Part shown: in pieces, positions 58,982 through 64,000 of the stretch | Numbering within the stretch: the first letter of the stretch is position 1 | Layout of the letters: every line of letters starts with the position of its first letter | Source: Lachnospiraceae bacterium | Lineage (GTDB): Bacteria > Bacillota > Clostridia > Lachnospirales > Lachnospiraceae | Assembly (NCBI GenBank): GCA_009779895.1 | Contig: WRBB01000016.1 | Coordinates: 2,363 to 66,362, forward strand | Length of the DNA stretch: 64,000 nt | Reading direction: 5' to 3' | Program-made: the position numbers and the translations under genes | The notes under the pieces: generated by a model | Told to the model about the DNA's origin: nothing | What the model saw: the letters and a program-made list of their open reading frames with translations, nothing else | The model's database searches: none

Positions 58982-60367
58982 ATGGAAAATAATATTGATA
59001 AATTTGTCTGTTCCGTTCGCTTAGAAGAGGAGCTATGTAAGGGCTGTATCAACTGTATCAAGCATTGCCCTACCCAAGCCATTCGCGTACACAAAGGCAA
59101 AGCACGCATCATTGACCGATTCTGCATTGACTGCGGACGTTGTGTGCGCTATTGTCCCCACCATGCAAAAGTGGCTGATTATGATCCGATTTCCATCATT
59201 AGCAAATATAAGTATGTGGTTGCTTTACCTGCACCGGCACTTTATGCCCAATTTCAAAATTTAAATAATGTAGACTACGTACTCAATGCCCTTTTGCGTT
59301 TGGGCTTTGATGATGTGTATGAAGTCAGTGCCGCAGCTGAATTGGTCTCACATGCCTCACGTGAATTTTTGAAAAAACACAAAAACCAAGGTACCTTTAT
59401 TAGCTCCGCCTGCCCCTCTGTCATTCGTCTGATTCGGGTAAAATTTCCTACGCTTCTACCACGCTTATTGCCCATCAAAGCACCTGTAGAAGTTGCCGCT
59501 GAAATTGCCAAAGAAAGAGCCATTACACAAACAGGACTCGCTCCCGAAGACATTGGCATTATCTTTATTTCGCCATGCCCCTCCAAAGTATCTTATGTAA
59601 AATATCCATTAGGTCTGGAAAAAAGTACGATTAACCATGCGGTAGCCATCAAAGATATTTATCCCTTACTGCTCCCCCACATGAATATGAAAGAAAGTCA
59701 ATTAAAGCCTCTTTCCCATTCCGGCCGCATTGGTTTAGGTTGGGGAAATGCAGGTGGTGAAGTCAGTGGTTTATTAACCGACAGTTACTTATCCGCTGAT
59801 GGCATTACCAATATCATTCGGGTTTTAGAAGATTTGGAAGACGAAAAAATATATAGTATGAAATTTGTTGAATTAAGTGCCTGTAGTGGTGGTTGCGTGG
59901 GTGGTATTTTAAATGTAGAAAATCCATATTTGGCCGCGCACAAAACCCAAAGACTCAAAAAATATCAACCTGTTTCAAAAAATCGTGCTGAACACAATCC
60001 GGAACTAAAAGACATTTTCTGGGAAGAAAAAATCGAATACGAACCTGTTTTTCGCTTGGGTAATAATTTTAGAGAAAGCTTAAATATGCTGCAAGAAGTA
60101 GAAAAGCTGGTGAAATTATTTCCAGGTTTTGATTGTGGTTCCTGCGGCGCACCTACTTGCCAAACCTTGGCTGAAGATATTGTGCGAGGAGATGCCCAGA
60201 TTAACAATTGCATTCATTTGCTTCGGACACATGTTTATGAACTGGCCAAGGACATACAAGTGCTGTCTATGTCACCGGAGTTAGATTCGGACCATGAAGA
60301 TACACAAAAGATTAAAAAACATATTGAAGAATTGATGGAGAAATTGGCAGAGTTTACAATATCCTGA
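58982..60367 (+). CDS. HydS-like (sensory-type) [FeFe]-hydrogenase homologue without a PAS domain
   Basis: 461 aa. Two N-terminal ferredoxin motifs (CKGCINCIKHCP, CIDCGRCVRYCP). Degenerate H-cluster motifs SSACPSV, SPCPSKVSY and LSACSGGCVGG. An extra C-terminal CGSCGAPTCQ...C cluster motif, then a helical tail. Confidence 0.8.
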   Translation: MENNIDKFVCSVRLEEELCKGCINCIKHCPTQAIRVHKGKARIIDRFCIDCGRCVRYCPHHAKVADYDPISIISKYKYVVALPAPALYAQFQNLNNVDYVLNALLRLGFDDVYEVSAAAELVSHASREFLKKHKNQGTFISSACPSVIRLIRVKFPTLLPRLLPIKAPVEVAAEIAKERAITQTGLAPEDIGIIFISPCPSKVSYVKYPLGLEKSTINHAVAIKDIYPLLLPHMNMKESQLKPLSHSGRIGLGWGNAGGEVSGLLTDSYLSADGITNIIRVLEDLEDEKIYSMKFVELSACSGGCVGGILNVENPYLAAHKTQRLKKYQPVSKNRAEHNPELKDIFWEEKIEYEPVFRLGNNFRESLNMLQEVEKLVKLFPGFDCGSCGAPTCQTLAEDIVRGDAQINNCIHLLRTHVYELAKDIQVLSMSPELDSDHEDTQKIKKHIEELMEKLAEFTIS

Positions 60368-60388
60368 TATTTTATGAGGTGTAAAGAA

Positions 60389-60715
60389 ATGAAACTAGAG
60401 CATATCATCCATTTAGAGCATTGCAAACTTGTTTGTGCTGGTGATAAAAACCGTACCATTTCCAAGGTTTTTTGCTGCGATTTGCTGAGCATCGCAATGG
60501 CAAAAGCACCCGCCAACGGGGCTTGGGTGACAGTGATGGGAAATCGCAACACTTTGGCTGTAGCTACCCTTGCTGATGTGGCTTGTATTGTGTTGGCAGA
60601 AGGTGCTGCTTTTGATGAAGATACCATAAAGCAAGCACAAAAAGAAGGCATTGCTGTTTTGGAAACAGAACTGCCTGTTTTTGATGTAGCTTTGAAAATC
60701 CATGAAATGATATAG
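60389..60715 (+). CDS. DRTGG domain protein (second copy)
   Basis: Preferred start is ATG 60389 (MKLEHIIHLEH, GAGGTG about 7 nt upstream). CCDLLSIAM...VMGN pattern. Confidence 0.75.
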   Translation: MKLEHIIHLEHCKLVCAGDKNRTISKVFCCDLLSIAMAKAPANGAWVTVMGNRNTLAVATLADVACIVLAEGAAFDEDTIKQAQKEGIAVLETELPVFDVALKIHEMI

Positions 60716-60800
60716 ATCAGTCTAGCAACTCACCTGCCAGATAAGAATGATAAATATAACTTGGGATATCATATTTACAGGAGCAAATATTTTTTAATAT

Positions 60801-60824
60801 AAAAAGGGCTATTCACCCTTTTTT
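60801..60824 (+). terminator. Weak hairpin terminator after the sensory cluster
   Basis: AAAAAGGG-ctattca-CCCTTTTT followed by T/A. Only three G-C pairs. Overlaps the stop of the small minus-strand ORF. Confidence 0.35.
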
Positions 60825-60973
60825 ATATCCTTTTCAATTTCTACCTCATATTCTTTTATCTCACTATATGCACCAATAATCGCTGACTTGACAGAATATC
60901 GAATCACCACAAATTGTACAATTGTTGTTATGACAAAACTAACTACAACCCACGAAAGCTCATCCATTGACAT
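60809..60973 (-). CDS. Small single-pass membrane protein (54 aa), below the ORF-track size cutoff
   Basis: Own translation: MSMDELSWVVVSFVITTIVQFVVIRYSVKSAIIGAYSEIKEYEVEIEKDIKKGE. AAGGAGA RBS 5 nt upstream. Starts 29 nt after the stop of the secreted-protein gene. Confidence 0.5.
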   Translation of the reverse strand: MSMDELSWVVVSFVITTIVQFVVIRYSVKSAIIGAYSEIKEYEVEIEKDIKKGE

Positions 60974-61002
60974 TTCTCCTTTTACGATATGTTTTTTAAT
61001 GT

Positions 61003-61797
61003 CTAATAATTCTTTACTACTGTCTGATTATCAAAAGCTGGGCCTGACAACGTAATAGAAGGGCCATTTTTACTAATCGAAACACCAAACGCCACTCTCG
61101 CATGCCCATAATTATAATACATGCTAGACCTAAGATTTGCTTTACTCGTAGCTCCATTTCTCGGAAGTAAATATATACTTGCGCCCCCAAAATTAGGCTT
61201 TATAGGACTCCATTCCAACGCTACATTTGTTTTTAAATACCATCCCAGACCACCATCCATTGCCAGTGCCGGTCCATCCACAAAATCCCGTTGCTTATAC
61301 CCATTTGTAGTCATAAAACCCGATTCTGCATACATACCACTAATCATAAACTTACTTCCATCAAAACTAAATGTGTGAGCATCTGTGAAATTATTCCACG
61401 GCTGTGTCAGCCACTGATATCCCAAGCTAATACTAAGACCGAATATTTTTCCATTTGCAGTATGTTCGAAAATTGCTATTGTTAACTTTAATTTATCTGT
61501 AGAAATTTGACCTCTGGAGTTTTCATTTGAACCCTGCACTTCCACTACTTTCGTTTCATATCCAGTAAAAGTTGCCTCACCTCTACTCCTGAGTTCAAAA
61601 TATAACTGTTCAAGCTTTTCATCATTCGTCATATCAAGAAAACTCTGCTCCGTTCCAATGCTTAAAAAGTATTCCTTTATTTCCTCTTTGTCTATCACAT
61701 TGCTTTTAGCAGAAACATTTAAAACAACCGAATTGCTTATAAAAACCATCACAAGTCCCAGCAATAGTACTCGCTTTACTTTTCTCTTTCTTACCAT
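61003..61797 (-). CDS. Secreted hypothetical protein (Sec signal peptide, beta-rich C-terminal part)
   Basis: Preferred start is ATG 61797 (MVRKRKVKRVLLLGLVMVFISNSVVLNVSA-KS, GGAGG 5 nt upstream). No family recognised. Confidence 0.65.
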   Translation of the reverse strand: MVRKRKVKRVLLLGLVMVFISNSVVLNVSAKSNVIDKEEIKEYFLSIGTEQSFLDMTNDEKLEQLYFELRSRGEATFTGYETKVVEVQGSNENSRGQISTDKLKLTIAIFEHTANGKIFGLSISLGYQWLTQPWNNFTDAHTFSFDGSKFMISGMYAESGFMTTNGYKQRDFVDGPALAMDGGLGWYLKTNVALEWSPIKPNFGGASIYLLPRNGATSKANLRSSMYYNYGHARVAFGVSISKNGPSITLSGPAFDNQTVVKNY

Positions 61798-61924
61798 AAT
61801 TGCCTCCTTAAATAACACTTTAGATTCAATTAAGTGATCACTCTAATTCTATTTCTAATTATACCCGCCCTATCACAACACGGTAAAGGGGAATGTTTCC
61901 CCACAAGTTATCTAACAAAATGAA

Positions 61925-62752
61925 TCACCCCATATTACCCAAGAAAACATAATGCAAATATTGTTTTGCAATTTCCTGTAAACGAAACATAGTTTCCCTT
62001 GGGGTCGGTTCATAATTTCCATAATAATGATACTGTGGGAAAAAACGTGACAGGTGCAAAGGTATTTCAGAACTCACACGCCCAATCCATTTGACCATCT
62101 GTTCCATTTCCTCTGCCGCATCATTTTCACCCGGAATAATCAAAGTCGTAATCTCCACATGACATTGTTTGTGAGCATGCTCAATTGTCTGTTTGACCGG
62201 CGCAAGACTACCGCCTAACTTTTCATAAAAACTCTCACGATATGCCTTTAAATCAATGTTCATCGCATCTATATAAGGCAACATATCCGCCAAAGGCTCC
62301 GGGTTAATATACCCATTACTTACCAATACATTTTTCAAACCAACCGCTTTTATTTTCTTAGCACAATCTAAAACAAATTCGTATCCAACCAAAGGTTCAT
62401 TGTAAGTATAAGCAATTCCAATATTGTTGCGTTCCTGCATTTGAATTGCAAGACCAACCAATTCATCCACAGAATAATCTTGCCCATTTAATCTTTGACA
62501 AACTAAGGAAATCTCATGATTTTGACAAAAAGGACAATGTAAGTTACAACCAAAACTACCGATCGAAAGGATGTTTTTTCCGCTTTCATACATCTTCAAA
62601 GGTTTCTTTTCAATCGGATCCAATCCCATCACAGAAACTTTGCCATAGGTATCGGATTTTATTTTTCCTGCCAGGTTTCGCCGTACCTTACATCTGCCCG
62701 CTTCACCTTCTTGCAGCGAACAGTTATGGGGGCATAATCTACAATCTGTCAT
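61925..62752 (-). CDS. Radical SAM enzyme of the PflA/AmrS-like activase family
   Basis: 275 aa. CRLCPHNC...GRC N-terminal pattern, DPIEKKPL, and radical SAM cluster CNLHCPFCQN. Confidence 0.75.
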   Translation of the reverse strand: MTDCRLCPHNCSLQEGEAGRCKVRRNLAGKIKSDTYGKVSVMGLDPIEKKPLKMYESGKNILSIGSFGCNLHCPFCQNHEISLVCQRLNGQDYSVDELVGLAIQMQERNNIGIAYTYNEPLVGYEFVLDCAKKIKAVGLKNVLVSNGYINPEPLADMLPYIDAMNIDLKAYRESFYEKLGGSLAPVKQTIEHAHKQCHVEITTLIIPGENDAAEEMEQMVKWIGRVSSEIPLHLSRFFPQYHYYGNYEPTPRETMFRLQEIAKQYLHYVFLGNMG

Positions 62753-62886
62753 AACATAACCTCACTCTTAAGACGCACAATCGCACCGCACGCCATAGTT
62801 TTTTTAGATTCATCTTTATCATAACACGATTTTAAGGTAAAATGATATCAAGTGTAGTGCCCCCATTATGAAACGAGGACTTTTCT

Positions 62887-63606
62887 ATGACACCACTTTA
62901 TTATGACTTACATCTTCACTCCTGCCTATCCCCCTGCGGGGATGATGATATGACCCCTGCCAATATCGTTGGTATGGCTAAACTCAAAGGATTAGACGTA
63001 ATTGCCATCACCGACCATAACAGTTGCCAAAACTGTGTTGCTGCCATGTTCCATGCCAAGCAGCATGATATTATCCTCCTGCCCGGCATGGAACTAACCA
63101 CTGCCGAAGAAGTTCATGTTATATGCTTATTTTCTGAGCTGGTACCGGCACTGGCTTTTGATGCTTATGTTTCCAAACAAATACTTCCCATTAAAAATAG
63201 GGAAGATATTTTTGGAAAACAACAAATTTTAGATAAACAAGATAATGTCGTTGGAACGATAGAACACTTACTCATTCATGCAACCAATATTTCTTTTGAT
63301 GACGTATTTCCCCTGGTCGAGTCCTATGGCGGCATTGCTTTTCCTGCCCATGTTGACAAACCTTCTAACAGTCTACTATCCAATCTGGGATTTATACCAC
63401 CAACCAGTACCTTTCAAAGTGCTGAGTTTCACGATTTGAAACATTTACATAAGCTACAAAAAAAGCATCCTTATTTTGAAACATGCAATATCATTTGCAA
63501 TTCAGATGCTCATTATTTAGAAGATATTCACGAACCCGAATATCGCCTATTTGCCGCATCCAAAAAGGAAACGGATATTTTAATGGCCCTTGAACGAAAA
63601 GGATAG
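62887..63606 (+). CDS. PHP domain phosphoesterase
   Basis: 239 aa. YYDLHLHS...ITDHNS metal-binding motifs and a later NSDAH. Confidence 0.8.
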   Translation: MTPLYYDLHLHSCLSPCGDDDMTPANIVGMAKLKGLDVIAITDHNSCQNCVAAMFHAKQHDIILLPGMELTTAEEVHVICLFSELVPALAFDAYVSKQILPIKNREDIFGKQQILDKQDNVVGTIEHLLIHATNISFDDVFPLVESYGGIAFPAHVDKPSNSLLSNLGFIPPTSTFQSAEFHDLKHLHKLQKKHPYFETCNIICNSDAHYLEDIHEPEYRLFAASKKETDILMALERKG

Positions 63607-63644
63607 ACCATCATAAATTATTATGCTACTATATACTTTGAGAT

Positions 63645-63830
63645 TTTGTAATGGTAATAGGAAGCAGGTGAAATTCCTGTGCGGGTACGCCGCCGTAAAT
63701 GTATGTGTTCTTTCAGCAAGAAATACCGCATCTTGAAAGCCATTGGCGAAAAGCTGAGAAGGCGAAAGAACAAAAACCATGAGCCGGAAGACTGACCAAC
63801 TACAAATAATTGCCGCGTATACCGGCATTA
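63645..63830 (+). promoter_or_regulatory. Cobalamin (B12) riboswitch
   Basis: AATAGGAAGCAGGTGAAATTCCTGTGCGGGTACGCCGCCGTAA matches the conserved core (compare E. coli btuB AATAGGGAATCCAGTGCGAATCTGGAGCTGACGCGCAGCGGTAA). The B12 box GAGCCGGAAGACTGACC lies at ~63781-63797. Boundaries are approximate. Confidence 0.85.
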
Positions 63831-63892
63831 CACTTTGTAAGTTATTTGTGACATTTTCTCAACAAAAACAAATTGAATAGGAGAAATGAAGA

Positions 63893-64000
63893 ATGAAAAA
63901 AAGAAGATTGTCTTTCATTTTGTCGTTTATCTTGATGACGTTGCTTGCGGTGGCTACGCTTTCTGGGTGTAATGACAATACCGGAACTACAAACAATACA
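63893..64000 (+). CDS. Lipoprotein, probably an ABC-transporter substrate-binding protein (truncated by the right window edge)
   Basis: Own translation: MKKRRLSFILSFILMTLLAVATLSGCNDNTGTTNNT... (lipobox LSGC). AGGAGA RBS 8 nt upstream. Directly downstream of the B12 riboswitch. Confidence 0.7.
   Translation, partial: MKKRRLSFILSFILMTLLAVATLSGCNDNTGTTNNT

Noticed and set aside
63580-63828. 82-aa minus-strand ORF.
   Set aside because: It lies antisense across the cobalamin riboswitch and overlaps the end of the PHP gene. It has no RBS.
1-64000. Search for tRNA, rRNA, CRISPR arrays, IS elements, integrases, prophage or defence-system genes.
   Set aside because: All intergenic gaps are under 400 nt and are accounted for by promoters, terminators or the riboswitch. 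No spaced short direct-repeat arrays were seen. No ORF shows transposase, recombinase or nuclease hallmark motifs that I could recognise.

Overview
Chromosomal segment from a low-GC, PolC-type, anaerobic Firmicute (Clostridia-like: Rex, bifurcating-type [FeFe]-hydrogenase, L28/L31/Rho context). It holds about 50 genes, nearly all on the minus strand. The left 17.4 kb is the stand-out. A complete acetyl-CoA carboxylase set (accB-accC-accD-accA) is translationally coupled to a single-module type I PKS (KS-AT-DH-KR-ACP). A giant NRPS follows (C-A-T-C-A-T-C-A...) and runs off the left edge. The supplied ORF track omits this NRPS because its stop lies outside the window; I translated it myself and its hallmark motifs all sit in one frame. 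The rest is mostly housekeeping: alr, nnr, cls, rex, ABC-F, coaD, rsmD, recG, yloV/Asp23, rpmB, polC, ispG, hisC, prfA, prmC, rpmE, rho, rarA. Four regions deserve a second look. (1) A permease-less PTS module (EIIB-HPr-EI-PRD regulator) whose HPr seems to lack Ser46. (2) A hydC-GHKL-2Fe2S-hydB-hydA hydrogenase operon whose catalytic subunit reads TSCSPGW instead of TSCCPxW. (3) A divergent DRTGG/GHKL/HydS-like sensory cluster with a candidate Rex operator on the shared promoter region. (4) A small, apparently inserted gene trio. A cobalamin riboswitch and a truncated lipoprotein gene close the right edge. I found no rRNA, tRNA, CRISPR array, transposase or integrase. All homology calls rest on motif recognition by eye, with no database search.
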